A stretch of DNA of 35,919 nucleotides from Catajapyx aquilonaris (lineage: Eukaryota): assembly GCA_000934665.2 (NCBI GenBank), contig JYFJ02003971.1:1-35919 (forward strand). The letters run 5' to 3'. Below, in pieces: positions 23,059 through 35,919 of this stretch. Position 1 is the stretch's first letter. Every line of letters begins with the position of its first letter. The translations under genes were made by a program, and so were the position numbers. The notes beneath the pieces are model-generated. The model was not told the origin of the DNA, ran no database searches, and saw only the letters and a program-made list of their open reading frames with translations.

Positions 23059-24754
23059 CTATAGTGCAAGCAGGACGAACCGTTAAGTTGGTTAGAGGGT
23101 GACATATCGCTCAAAAATCGGATTTTTAAAAAGATATTTTAAATGCCTCCAAATCCCCTCTAAAGTCAATTGCGTATGGAACATATAAAACATTATCAGA
23201 TCAACTGAACATAAAATCAGCCTGTTAATGAAAGAAAATCCGTAAATCTTGGGAACCACTGAAAAAGTTTGTAAATAACTCATTCTTCATTTATAATGAA
23301 CAAGAGGGCGTGGTCCACTTCAAATAATTTATAAATATTGGGAGTTCTGCCCCTAAGCTTTGCTTGCATGTTCCTCCTCTTTATTGCAATACACGCAAAA
23401 AAAAAAAAAAAGACGTTATACACGCATCAGAAGAACTGGGGATGGAGCCAAGATCTTGGGTTTTGTAGTCGTCGTTTTTGTTACGAGCGGAAACTCCTTA
23501 ATTATCTGTCACCACGTCCACGTCATCGACATTGCCAAAAGCCCTATAGTTAGTGTCGATGCACCCTCTGAAGTATTTACCACATCACTGTAGAGAATTA
23601 ACTACCGTTTCCTTTTTTGGCAAACTAACGATGATGGCCCCTCGCGGCTCTCATTTTTTATAATGTACTTCAATGGTGGATACTGTATGAACCTCTGTTG
23701 ATGACGTCTGTCAGATGCAGAGCTTAAAGACGTATAATACTCAGACCTCATAGCTGTAGGTGACCTGTCGATAAGGTGCAACAACCCTGACAACGGCGCC
23801 ACGGGTTAAATCCAGTAATCAGAGAGTGCAAATGACACCAACCCCGGAATGAAAAAAGACGCCATATGCTGTTCTCCATACCATGGATATTGGCGAAAGG
23901 ATTATCCCAGCAGTAAAAAGAGAGGGGGGAGGGGGGTGGACAGCGGGGATGTTTTATCGTTCGCAAATTGTGCGACCAAATGATTACCGCTCTAACCACC
24001 AGTCTGTTTCTAATAGCCCGGCCATAAATGGATCGCCACATCTAATTAAGGGAGTGCATAACTGCATCTGTGTTTACTATGCAGAATGTGCACTCTCAGG
24101 GCTGGTTATTCTCACGTTTTGTGTGAGCCTATACCAAGGCCAAACAAATGTACTGCATAGTGTTTAAACCCTTGAGGTTTCGATGGAGCTTTGTGAAGAG
24201 GGCCTAAATGAGGGGTGAAGATCACGTTTCTCTGGAATTGTATGACCTTAGCGGAGCATGAGGCAACAATTGTGCCTCCGATTTGCTACTAACGAGGTGA
24301 CCAACAGGGGCGAAACAATGGAAAAGTGGTAGGGATTAGGCCTTGTTCAAAGGTTTTACCGGCAACTGTAGTCGGCCAATTCACAATCGTTAGGTACCGG
24401 AGGCTCCGAAGTTAGCTTTAAACGACGCGAAAAACGATCGATTACCATTCGGAACATTTTGGCATCCACATCACGAAGTGAGATTACTAAATAAATGATG
24501 GGCGAAAATTTATGCCATTGTTCGCGACTGAGGATTCCGTACAGGTGTTACCTTGAAATTGCCACGAGGGAATCCAAGACACTGTTGGGATTAGTCCTAA
24601 GCCGAAACTGTCGTCTGGAACACATTATCTAGCCGTAATATTCCCATCAACATCAGCGTGACCATTTTTACCAACGTATTATGGTATCCTTTGACTCGAA
24701 ATATTCGATAATGACACTATTAGCAAGTGTACCTTACCATACTTTATAATTGAT

Positions 24755-24969
24755 ATTAAGGAGGTTGGCCCAGCATTGCCTTTCAACCTCCAAGGATAGG
24801 GAAGGAAGGAAGCGGCTGTGGCCTATTATACGGAAGCGACCCCGGAATTTTCCTAGGAAGATCGTGGAAAACCACAGAAAACCACGGTCAGGGTTGCCGG
24901 CCCCGGGATTCGAACCCAGGACCTCCCGATTAGCAGTCGGACGCCCTATCCACTATGCCAACCAGCTTC
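24755..24969 (-). mobile_element. tRNA-derived SINE (family B), resembling the Lm1-like arthropod SINEs
   Basis: Minus strand: TGGCATAGTGG A box, anticodon-like arm TCCGA-CTGCTAA-TCGGG, GGTTCGAATCCC B box, then body CCCTGACCGTGGTTTTCTGTGGTTTTCC...AGGCCACAGCCGCTTCCTTCC. From memory, not from a search, this resembles the locust Lm1 and termite SINE body. It has a 3' stem-loop. Confidence 0.85.
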
Positions 24970-27900
24970 AATATTCGGAGTTTATAGCTAGAATGTTATT
25001 ATCAGTACTAATTGTCATAATTTTCATTTGAATTAGTGAGATTTGTGATCGAGTGTCGCAAAAGGGTCCAACGAAAGAGAAGACATTAATCCTTCACGAT
25101 AAACCCGAGTGTCTGATTGTGACAGAGCGGGTCCGACAAAAGCTGCACAATATATAGACATGGGATAACGGAACACTGACAGCGCTATTCACCCTGGGGA
25201 GGCATGGCAAAATCCGGCGACGCATTTGGTTGGGCAGTTTGATTTTGTTGCGAACCATTATTTTATAATTATATAATATTACAAGTCATTTTCTAATTAA
25301 TACACACGATCAAGAAAATGTTAGTGTTTAAATCTTCAAAGTGTCCATGCTTGACAGATTTTACTTTCAAATATTAATTCCAGTAATTTTGGCGAGGATG
25401 TCTGGTTACAAGCTATACCGTATATTTATTATACAGTACATGTCATTTGGAGGACTCACTTCTTTCATGTTTCCTTGCGTTAACTAATATTTTAGGATTA
25501 TGCAATATATGAAAACGTGTTCAGCATTTTGTATTCAATACGAGGACTATTGGGCTACCTTTTATGAATAGACCTATTTATTTCACCTGCAAAAAGCATC
25601 GAAACCAATTCAGTAATATCAAACAGTTATTGTTTTCATGCATTTTGAAGTTACTTGTATAGACAATGCCTTTTTATTCAAATATTCAAAAATTCATTCA
25701 AATATGCATAGGTTATGCGTGATACGCGACGTAATTATGAATTAATTACGGGACACTATAATGTAGAGTAGCATAATTAATGACGACTCATTTACTATTT
25801 TCCAAAAGTATTCATAATGATTTTTCACTTTAAATTATGACATTATAACAGAATCAGTTGCACCATTTCAATACTCAGGCAGAATACTATACGTACGTAG
25901 CTATATATGAACTTACCTTAGTATATCTGAAACATTGGAATTGGCTTCGAAAAATAAACTCTCTAACTTTAATTAACGAATAATAACTGACATGTTTTCT
26001 ATTAGTAAAACGCCCCCGAAAATACCTCCCCGAGTCATAGTCCTCTCATGATAAACACCAAGCAATCCAACCTGGCGTGTTGTTTTCTCCTCACACGACA
26101 AGGCACATTGCCTGACGTGAATGACACGCGGCTCTCGGAATCGCTTTAATTATTATGTACAGTCCCTACTGATGATTATTTTTTGCCGCAGGGAATAATT
26201 AGCAGCACGCTTTTAATTCCCCAATAAATCAGCGGTATGCTCCCTTGATAACCAGGCCTGAATATTTTTTAGAGGATGAAGTGTTTTCATTATAACGAAT
26301 GATAAGGGTGGCCATGGGAGATTAAGGTTTATGAAGCATTTTTTATACTCTCTAAAGCCATATAGAGCGTAAAGAGGACTTTGATTTCCGATCACATCTT
26401 ACGGTGTTTACGAGTGGAACTACAAAAAAAAAAAAATCGTTCCGGCCAGAATGTGTGGGGATGGGACACCATGATGTTAGGGTTTCCTGTCGCCATAAGG
26501 GACCCAATTAAGCAAGTGGAGCAGGACCCATAGGGAAACCCATTCGATGCTGGTAGGCGACCAATGCGCTGTGAATTATGCAGGAAGCTATAAAGAGTGA
26601 ATCATAGGAAAGTGTCAAACAGCGGCCATGTTTGAGATAGTGCATCCCCCGCGTTATAATAGGCGTCACAAGCACAGGCGAGGGAGAGAGAGAGATGACC
26701 TGTTTTAGAAGCTTCAGAAGAAATTTACATAGTTCACAAAACATTACCTTTTAAAAAAATCAAGTCCATATTTGGAGGGTTATTATTTTAAATGTACTCT
26801 CCCAAATAATAGAATTACAATGTTCCTGTGTGTCCGAATTTAATCTGCGAAGAAGCGTAAAAAATCAAAAGGCTGATTAAGAGTTGCATTCAAGACCCTG
26901 AGCACCTAAGAAAAGTGAAGTTACTTGGCAAAATGGTGTGGACCAACCGAGCGTCGCGCTCCTTATTCCAAATAAGTCGTAATATTAGAATGAACTACCG
27001 TTTGCATTTCCAACGGTAATACCCCTCTGTGGGTTTCCCGCGACCTCCACTAATGCGTTTGTAAATTATTGTTCCACTTCACACCTTCTTTACTAATGGA
27101 TTATGTCCTGAGGAGATTTACGACAGCTTTCTCCTTACGTAGTCGAAAATGCATTCTGTAATAACTGAAGGGACTTACGTAGCATAATGAGTATAATTAC
27201 TACGTCACACTTCGCCTTAATTCATGCACCTAATAGTCGTCTACATAGTCAGATTTTAGCGGTACTTTGAGTATGTTTTCTGCGATTTCCAGCTAAGCTT
27301 AGGTCATGATGGAGACTCCGGACCAACCGGTTCTTTCCTCGAAATCTTCCTGCATCTCTCTCTGTAAGCGTACACATGTGAGGTACATTGTAAGCAGTAT
27401 TTAAGTGTAAGGTTATGACTGCAAGAGAGTATTATAATCATTGCAAAGCTCATTGCATCATCTTCATTTATAGACTGTACATTAAGTAGCTAACTTGAAA
27501 ATTTTCTTCTAGCACAGATAAACTACTGTACAACATGCATGACCTTTAAAAATGGCTAGGAGATATTCTCCAATAACACGGTAACGTCAAGTGCCTTCCT
27601 ATAAAAAATCGAATGAAAATAGAAGCGTCTACAGTATATATATATATAGTGAACTTCTGATGTTGCTTTAATTACAATTCTTGTTTGGTAAGTAACTTTA
27701 TACTGTAATATATTCGAGCCGCGCTGTTATACACATGTTCGATATACTACTATACCGTTATGAAAGCAATGAATATTTCATTTCGAACGAAGGAAATGTT
27801 TTATTCGATGAGAAATTGTTCGTAAATCCCACAAGGAAACGTGGTAATTACTAACCTCAATTTTTTTTATAACTCTATACCACAGGAAGATGCGCAATTT

Positions 27901-28048
27901 TTGAAAAACTCAAGCCGCCCTCTTTTCACAAAAGTGGACATATGCATTCCATAGCATGGTCGAGAGAGACCCGGTAGAAAAGTGCCTATTTTCCGTATGG
28001 AAAACGATTACAAATCGATTTGTTCCTGATATTAAAATGAACGTCTTC

Positions 28049-28087
28049 TATACTGTATGCAGGTATATACTGTATACTGTATGCAGG
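28049..28087. repeat. Local tandem duplication of TATACTGTATGCAGG
   Basis: Exact 15-mer at 28049-28063 and 28073-28087. Confidence 0.8.
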
Positions 28088-31000
28088 AAAAGATAAAAGA
28101 GAATGACTCAAATAGGAGATAAATCAGTTGTGCACGGAATTTTTCAATTATAATTTATTTTAGACTTGAACAATTATTACTATTACAAAGTACATAAGTT
28201 ATATTGTAATCTCAATTATTCAGCAGAGGTTTCTCCGGTATGACCACCTTTAACACACTGTATAGAAACGGGTTGTGAATCTTTCTTGGTCTAATCTATC
28301 TTTCTATCACTTTAAAGTACAACTTGTAAGCCTGGTCATAAAGTGTTGGTTGAGAGTTTCACCTGAGCTTGTAGTTGAACAGAGACAAACTGGCACAATA
28401 AAACGGAACAAGATGAAAATGTAGATATAATATTATTAAACATGTATGAATATTTTAAATTTTTTTGTATAAAATCTTGACTAATAATCACAGTTATTTT
28501 TGTTATAAGTGGCTACTGCGGCCGCAATTTACCAAGACCGGAGTGGGTGTCCTGGTCAAGTTCACAGACCCCCTTCCCAGAATGTCAATCTAAGTCACTT
28601 TGATTGAAAGTGAACTTGATCGTCGTCCGTCCGACTTGTTTGCACACGATGCCCACGCTTCATTACTCCCCTTGTGTCCTCCGCATCCGGAAGACACTCA
28701 CCTCACTTCCTATCTCAGAGCACTAGCCAATGAATCTTATGGACCTTGAATCAAGCTCCACAGGGTGTCCGTGTTCCCATCCCTTTCACAAAAGAGGGCT
28801 AACACACAGTGGGCGTAATAGCATGGTAGCGCTTCATGCGCTGATTGAGACGGATAATGAGGTGACCTCGCCTCCTCTATATCCCCGTGAACCCATGGGC
28901 GCATAACGTGGCCTCAAAGGTAGACACCAGTTGGATTACAGAGAGGTGGCACTTTTTTTTTTTTTTTGAAATCTCCGGGTGAAAAGATCTGCTGATTATC
29001 CGGGGACAATGGGCACGGCTACTGCCAACTATTTATCTTCATTAGCTCCAATTCACTTACCACTTCTGGGTTGGGTAATAATATCTACATTATCCACCCA
29101 GCTTTACGTACTTATTTAGCTTAATTTCGATCTCGTGGACTTACACCAGTTATTATCAGCATACGGGGGCGGTACAAACTTTTTTCAGCCTTAATTACAT
29201 TAATCATTATTGAAGTGATTATATTCTACTGCATGAAAGCAATCATACACATTATTAATTTTGAATGAACAGGCTGAGCAAGTGCGTGCCTTGGGTATAT
29301 TTTTATCTTGGGTCATTTTCACACGCCCCCATTGATATAAAATTATGCAAGCGTGTAATGAGCGGGAAAGTGCCACTTCATCTCTGGAGAGTTACACAGA
29401 GTCATGCAAATTGAATTACATAGTATGTGTTTGTAATTCAGTATGGGGAACTCTCATTGAATTAAATATGGCATGAGTAATTCTGTGATAAAAAATTTAA
29501 CATTTAAGACATACATTACGTACTGCCCAACTATTTATAAGAAAGGTGATAGGGCGTGAAAAAGTTATGGTTTATCAAAATATCATACAACCTCTTTACG
29601 TACAGTATATAAATTTAAGCAAGTACACAAACAATCGATAAGATAATATAAATTGTCTATGCACAAGAAATTTCCCACCAGCAGCCAAATTGCCCACAGG
29701 GGTTAAATTCATCAGGCAGGTCAAGGCTGAGTAATGCAAGTGAACGGGAAATCCCACGAGATTTACACCTCCTTTCAGCAATTTAATGAAAGAAGATCCA
29801 AGGAGCCAAGTGCCCTAAAGTCCATTGTCTCTCGCTAGGCTGGACGATCGAAGTCATTGTACGGCTTCGAAAAGCTTTGACCTCACCTCTAGTGTGTAAT
29901 GACCTCATAAGGTTTAGGGTGGGTGTACTTCATCAACACAGAATAAACATCCGTCATCCTTTGCATGCCAGTCCAGTAAACCTTTTTGTGTCACAACCAT
30001 CTCCAATATTTTTCACATTCTACACGTCACTTTGCCCCAATCCAAAGAACATATTGCAGAAATGAATTCCAGTGAAGGGGCCCAAAAAAGACGAATGTTC
30101 TCCTTTTTTTTCGCCCTTCATACATCTCCCATTGCAACGCAAAAGAAAGCCTGTACTGGGCTGGCTCACAATAACCCCATATAACGGTAACGGTTCAAAG
30201 CTCCTGAAATGGTCTTGCAAGATTTTTTTTTTCTTCATGTGTGAGTGTGTGTTGTGCGCCGTTGCATGAGGCGCAATTCATCGACGCCAACATAGCCTTT
30301 GCCTTGCTAATACTAGTTGGGTTCATTCACCTGCGGGCGGTCAGAGATGCATGAACGGCCTTCCATCTTCTTAGTCAAATTTTGCTGGTTTTCTTCCATG
30401 CATACTCGTCTGGTTTGGAACGTCCAAGGCAAGTATGGAATCGATATACCCGTTCCATCTGGGTTGGAAGGACCGGCGGGACTTTCGCCGTAAATGGATG
30501 ATAACGGCCAATTTTTAGCGCCTTTGCCTACTATTTCGTGTCAAACCCTTTTACGGCCTTATTTTCAACGACAGCAATTTATATGGTCGGCTTTGTGTGA
30601 TCAATATAATGCACGTACATGTCTTACGCGATTTTATAGCTGGAGTGTTCTGACTAAGTCGTCTAAGGTATCGGCACATAAAATTCAATCACACTTTCAT
30701 TTTTATATACAAAAAGTCCTTGGAATGCACTTTTTTATTATGTAGCAACAATACATAATTTCCAGTCATATTTTGTAATAAATGAAGGCAGGCTATATAT
30801 TTCATACTACCTATATGGTGTCAATATTCCTGTTTCTATAGCTTACGGTACAATTATTTCACTTCAGTCTTTTAAAACATCCCTGGAATCAGGCAAAAAA
30901 AATAAATCTTCCTTAGATTAATACCATGAAATATTATATTAAAAGTAGGCCTAATTGTGTAACCAAACGTAACATCACTCAACGCTCACTGAACAGCAAA

Positions 31001-32934
31001 ACAAATATATCCTTATTAAAACACAGGTAAATCCTGAGGTCAGATATTAATAGTGCATGTTGTGAAAGCAAGCTGAATCGTCCAGTGAAAGTGTTTCCAG
31101 TGTCCTACCTTCTACTTGAATGGTTTTTTCGTGTATCCCATCATTTTTGGGCAGTACAATAAATAATGCATTAGAACAACTTGATACACTTGCACACGTC
31201 CTGAACTCAGCCATACTGTTGCTAAAGTTGGGGGTCTACGGCCAAAGTTCGCTTTTAGCAAGATTGCAGTGCAAACGTCCCAGGGTGAATTGCTTTGGTT
31301 TTGTGCTGGAAAAGGTTAAAGGGAATGTCGCTGCGGAAATGTCCTCTCTTCCCTGTAGTACCTTCCACTGACGAATGCGCGCAATCCCCAAAGGAAGCTG
31401 CGAAAATCTCAGCACGTTTTCGGCTTCATCACTTCTCATTCATTCTTTTGCCAAGGTCGACTGAATAACGATCTCGGTAACTCTGTCTGCAGGTCTATTG
31501 CATTTATTGCCTCCATTCCTCTGATCCAAAACTTCGGCTTTCATGTTCATGCTCATTTGCTTATTTAAATTAAGCCAATCCCAAAGTATGCAGGGCGCTC
31601 TCTGTAACGGGTTTTCCAGATCACCTCCTGCCAAATAGTTAGAAATAGCAATTGGTTTTACACTGGTGGATGATAATTCGCACTCTACAATACCATGATA
31701 TTTATGAAATGGATTGAATTTGGAATAATTTATTCCTTGCGTAACGGTGCATTATAATAATCAAAATCATTTTAACCTGATGTTTAATTTTAGTTACGTA
31801 AAAGCTTTTCTTTCATACAACTATTCCTTTATATTGTAAATAGGACGTGTTTAATCATTGTATGCGTAGCACAACAACCTAATAACCGTTAGGACACCAG
31901 GCCATACACTACTGAAATAATTCCCTTCAATGTGAACTGGAGCGCTGATTATCAGTTAATTTATCCTCATGAAGATTTTCATGTACGGCCGTTAATAAGT
32001 GCCTATTGTCTGCCTAACATCACACTCTTGTCCTTTTGTGCGGCGGGATGAAGATACCCGCATGCTTGCAAAGAATAAAAGGTCATTAAGCAAGCTCTAT
32101 GGTGAGAAGGTGAGGTAAGGTCTACATGATGTAATCATGGCTGAAAAGGGATGGGGTAGAGTGTGAGCAAGGGTAGGCGTCTAGTAGGTCTCTCTACCGG
32201 TTTTGCACGTCAAGCATGTTGTCTAATTTTTTTTACACAGCCTAACTCAAGTAGAGAGGAGTTCGAAATTTCCTGACCAATCCAACTTGTCGAAACCATG
32301 CTAACTATTCCTTCTTAATGTGAAAAATAAGTGCCACTTAATTCAATGCACACTGCTCTCCAGCCTTGCTCGCATATTCAGTACAGTACACCCTCGAATG
32401 CAGAAGAGTCATCGAAATTTTTACCTTTAAGTATACGTATATGAGGCTATGCACACTGTATAAGTAGATGGTTCTGTAGACATATTACCGCTTATTTATT
32501 CCATAGCAAGTGTGTACAGTATATGTGCAGTAATTAAGTTACCGTATATCATTCCAATCAAATCTATGTATTGTTCTTTCTAAGAAAATTACCAAGAAAA
32601 AATTTCCTCCCATTTTATTATTCGTGATATTTGCGCTGCATCAATCCACGTTTATTCAACAATTTTTAAACGTCAGATCCATTTCAGCTCTCTATTCAAA
32701 CCTTTCACTCCCATATACGCAAAGGTCGGAACCCATTTCGCCAAGGCTCTATTTTTGTCATATTCAGCGTAAAGGGCTCTGAACGATGTTTTGCACCACG
32801 TCTTTTGCAGGTCTGGCAAATCGATATTCATACCGAGATCTTATTTCCGTAGTCTATTTTACCGTATTGGTAATGTGATGAAAACTACCACCACACCCGT
32901 TCAGGTTGTTGAAGCTGCAGTTATCGTCGCTTTG

Positions 32935-33048
32935 ACCAGCGTGGCACTACAGTAAATGCCCAGGGATAGAAAGGTCCCGGGTTCGATCCCAGTCATGGGT
33001 TTCTCTTGGAATCACTATCTGATTATCATCATCATCATCATCATCATC
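32935..33048 (+). mobile_element. Short, degenerate tRNA-derived SINE remnant with (ATC)8 tail
   Basis: T-arm/B box AGGTCCCGGGTTCGATCCC (B box 32980-32990), a weak A box (GTGGCACT), and (ATC)8 at 33025-33048. The 5' boundary is approximate. Confidence 0.55.
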
Positions 33049-33369
33049 TCTTTGATTGTCTTGGTTTTTATTAAAGTAACTTCAAGAATTTTCCTCTGCA
33101 ACTCGTGCTTCTCTAGTTGTAGAAGCCCTGAATTACAGCAGTAACTTATACTTGCGGGAAATGCATTATGGCTTGGCGCATCTGGACGGAACTACCTGCA
33201 TGCACCGAAGGCCTATACTATTTGCACATCTACTACGTAACATGATTACTCGTAGTGACCTGATGGGCCCTATTAGTATCGACCCAGTCCCGTAATGACT
33301 TTGGGAGGTTTGTATGGGTTTCTGCAAAGACAGGAGCACAATTGCTATCTACGTACCTTAGGTGAATAT

Positions 33370-33395
33370 CCCCCCCCCCCCACNCCCAAAAAAAA
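33370..33395. repeat. Poly-C / poly-A low-complexity tract (contains an N)
   Basis: C12-ACN-CCC-A8. Confidence 0.85.
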
Positions 33396-33997
33396 GGTCC
33401 TCCAGAATGAAGCTGCCAAGATCCAACTTCTTACACACTAGGGTATTCCGCAATATGCCTGCTGAACCTCTAGCATAACCATGGAAGGTTTGCATAAGAT
33501 CAGTCACAAGGCACGCCTGAAACTATCGGTTCTCTACCGATAGCTTATGCAGAATGATGGTGCAATTCGGGGCTCAAATGCTTGTACTTCCTGGCGATGA
33601 AACGGATGCAGTTGAATGTTGATGTCCTTTTTTGACCCACCTGATGGGGGTGATACCTGCACCACACTACAACACAAATTCTTTGAAACTAGAGTTTCGT
33701 ACCGAACAATTTCGGCCCACGTGAAACGCGTTTTATGTGGTTACTCCACAGAACCGGTTGGAACGGGTTAGAAAGACTGAATACCTGTACCCAATGTCAT
33801 TATTAGCCCAGGTAAAAAACTGCTGCTGTCAAATTCGTACCACAGCTGACAGACACACTGAAAGGAGGTGATGCTCAAAAGCTTTCTTATTGTGTTTTTG
33901 GCAAGCAGTAGAGAAGACCGGACATTTTTTTTTTATCCGGGAAATGTCCAGTGCGAGCCGATTCAAACCTTCCAGGATGAGCTACACTGTACATTAA

Positions 33998-34167
33998 AAG
34001 GCCATTACCTCGGTGAATTTTTAAAATCTGGTCTGACGGAATGTCTTTTTTCTAAAAGTACAGTGCTTTCCTTTTACACAATAGAATAATTATGGACACT
34101 GGGCAATTTCTCTATACTTAGACCCGGGGTTACCGCAGTTTTAAAAAATCGGGGTAACTTGAACCCT
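33998..34167. mobile_element. Old Kolobok-like MITE remnant
   Basis: Left TTAA|AAGGCCATTACCTCGGTGAATTTTTAAAA and right TTTTAAAAAATCGGGGTAACTTGAACCCT are imperfect inverted repeats. The right TSD is not preserved. Confidence 0.4.
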
Positions 34168-34976
34168 TCCAACTTTCGCTCGATTTGGATCTGGATTATT
34201 ATGCAATATTTGGTGCCTAAATAGCACATATTTGTCGATCTTGAAAGGTTACAATTATCATTATTATAATCTACCTTTCGAACAAATATTTGGGCTTACT
34301 GAAAAATACACCTGCTTATGCGGCTGTCCTCTTGACACCTTGGTTTAAAATGGATATTACATAATGTGTCCTTAATGATAACAATTGTCATAAGATAGTC
34401 TGGTTTCACTAAGCACATGCATTATTTACACAAGCTGGGATTGGGCAATATATTGGGATAAAATTAATATTTCTGATCTTTTGACGACCATTATTAAGAA
34501 CTAAATTGTTGCTATGTAACTCGCGTGCTGTGAGACATCTGCAGATGGAGTGTTATTTTTTATGTGCCCTTCCTGTACTACTCCTTGTAATTAATTTACG
34601 TAATAACTCTGTCACATTTTGGATTAATTGTTATAGTATCCGTCTGAATGATGATGAAATATGCTCCTTGTGTAATGATTTTCATTCTTTTAATTTGTTT
34701 CATTTACTGCACACGGGTTTTCTCTCTCAATGAGACGGTTTAAGACTGTGAGAGTCTGAGACATAACAGGGTTGCCACAGGCTCCTCCGTAAGTATTTCA
34801 TAAGGTCTTTTGTTGTGTCATAAAGAATGTTCATATAACTGCAAGTAGCTACGCACGGTACTTTAAAGCGGTGTGTGCCATTCTGACATTGTGTGATACT
34901 GATTTGTAAGGTATAATTAATTATATATGTATATGTTAGGTTCAAACCACGAAAACGGGGGAAAAAAACTGATAAT

Positions 34977-35090
34977 ACCTAGGTTTGGTCATTCCCAAAC
35001 CAGTCAGACCTAGGTGGGGTCGTTTCTAAACAGCCAGACTTAGGTCTGGTCGCTTTCTTTCAAACAGCCACAGCTAGTTCGGGCTGTTCC
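34977..35090. repeat. Minisatellite, ~3.5 units of 30-34 bp with palindromic core CAGACCTAGGTCTG
   Basis: Units start at 34977, 35008, 35038 and 35072: ACCTAGGTTTGGTC..AAACCAGTCAG / ACCTAGGTGGGGTC..AAACAGCCAG / ACTTAGGTCTGGTC..AAACAGCCAC / AGCTAGTTCGGGCT. Confidence 0.7.
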
Positions 35091-35825
35091 TGCTTATTGA
35101 TATAGGGCTATAGGCCTACCAGTGGATATGGAGGTGATATGTTCTTCTGGTATGGTAATCCATTTGATTTGATATGATGTAACTAAAATTCTTACGCTTC
35201 GTTATTATGTATATGACAATATGCATCCTGTAATTATTCAAAATGGTGGCACTGACGAAATGAAGATTTCTTTTCAATAAGTGTCTTAGAGTCGTCAGTT
35301 AGAATCTTTACTGTCTCAACACGACCAGCATATCAAGAATGTCATTTTGTAGTCAGGCCACGTTCCAGCGGTGTTCAGGATTCTAATGTTAGTTGAGACA
35401 CCCATCAGTAGTGTGCCAGAAACAGGTGTGACCCAGAACGGAAAAATCTCTTAGAGGCATCAGAACATGAATCCAAGCTATTTGCGCGCTGAGATATTTT
35501 AAGGCTTTGATTTTCAATTCCATCTATATTTAATATCACTGATGCCACCCTGATACGGAGCTAGATAATTGGAAAGAAGACCTTAACGATGATGTCGGAA
35601 AATCAATTTGGAAAAGGTCACCACTGGAATGGTGAGAGCTGGCGAATTCAGCTCGAGCATCTATAGTTGGCTGCCTCCTACATACAATCGTAATTGGGCG
35701 CAATCACTTTCATATCTGGTAGAAATAGAGTATATCGAATCTGGAATTATTATTTTCCGATGAGGAGATTTAAAAAAGAGAAAGAAAAGGGACTCACACA
35801 GAACAATGCATTTCCCCTACATATA

Positions 35826-35919
35826 CAGGGTGTTTATTGTAACTCTGCAAAGACTTTCAGGGGTAATAGAGGGGACCAAGACAAACATTTTTGACATAGG
35901 AAACCATGTCCGGAAACGC
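35826..35919. mobile_element. Left end of a Tc1/mariner-type element running off the window
   Basis: TATA|CAGGGTGTT: the same TA + CAGGGTGTT terminus as the MITE at 16388. The partner TIR is not visible. Confidence 0.6.

Noticed and set aside
24895..24969. Functional tRNA-Ser(GCT) gene
   Set aside because: No acceptor stem, no long variable arm and no T-run terminator. It continues directly into a SINE body.
31236..31634. Two same-frame minus-strand ORFs separated by a single TGA (readthrough or selenocysteine?), with an acceptor-like CTAAC...CAG upstream
   Set aside because: The joined peptide resembles nothing I know, I found no SECIS or readthrough context, and it is compatible with chance.
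34977..35090. CRISPR-like array
   Set aside because: The spacers are homologous to each other, the repeats are degenerate, the context is eukaryotic, and there are no cas genes.

Overview
Animal genomic DNA, AT-rich and gene-poor, probably from an arthropod (inferred from the receptor type and the SINE family). The only convincing coding feature is the terminal exon (3034-3509, +) of a vasopressin/oxytocin-family (inotocin-type) class A GPCR. It encodes TM7 (LASLNSCVNPWIY), helix 8 and a long Ser/Thr/Arg-rich tail, and follows an intron of more than 3 kb. The remaining ~32 kb appears non-coding. It holds four tRNA-derived SINE copies from at least two, probably three, families (one full-length with a 12-bp TSD), several palindromic MITEs (Harbinger-, Tc1/mariner- and Kolobok-like), a short palindromic minisatellite and isolated hairpins. 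I found no CRISPR array, rRNA, intact tRNA, ribozyme or autonomous transposon. The strongest second-look signals are structural: compensatory base-pair changes in a remodelled SINE head, a MITE whose inner 39 bp of arm are perfectly matched while the outer arms have decayed, and a foldback element between candidate poly(A) signals of the receptor. I cannot claim a new biological system from sequence alone.
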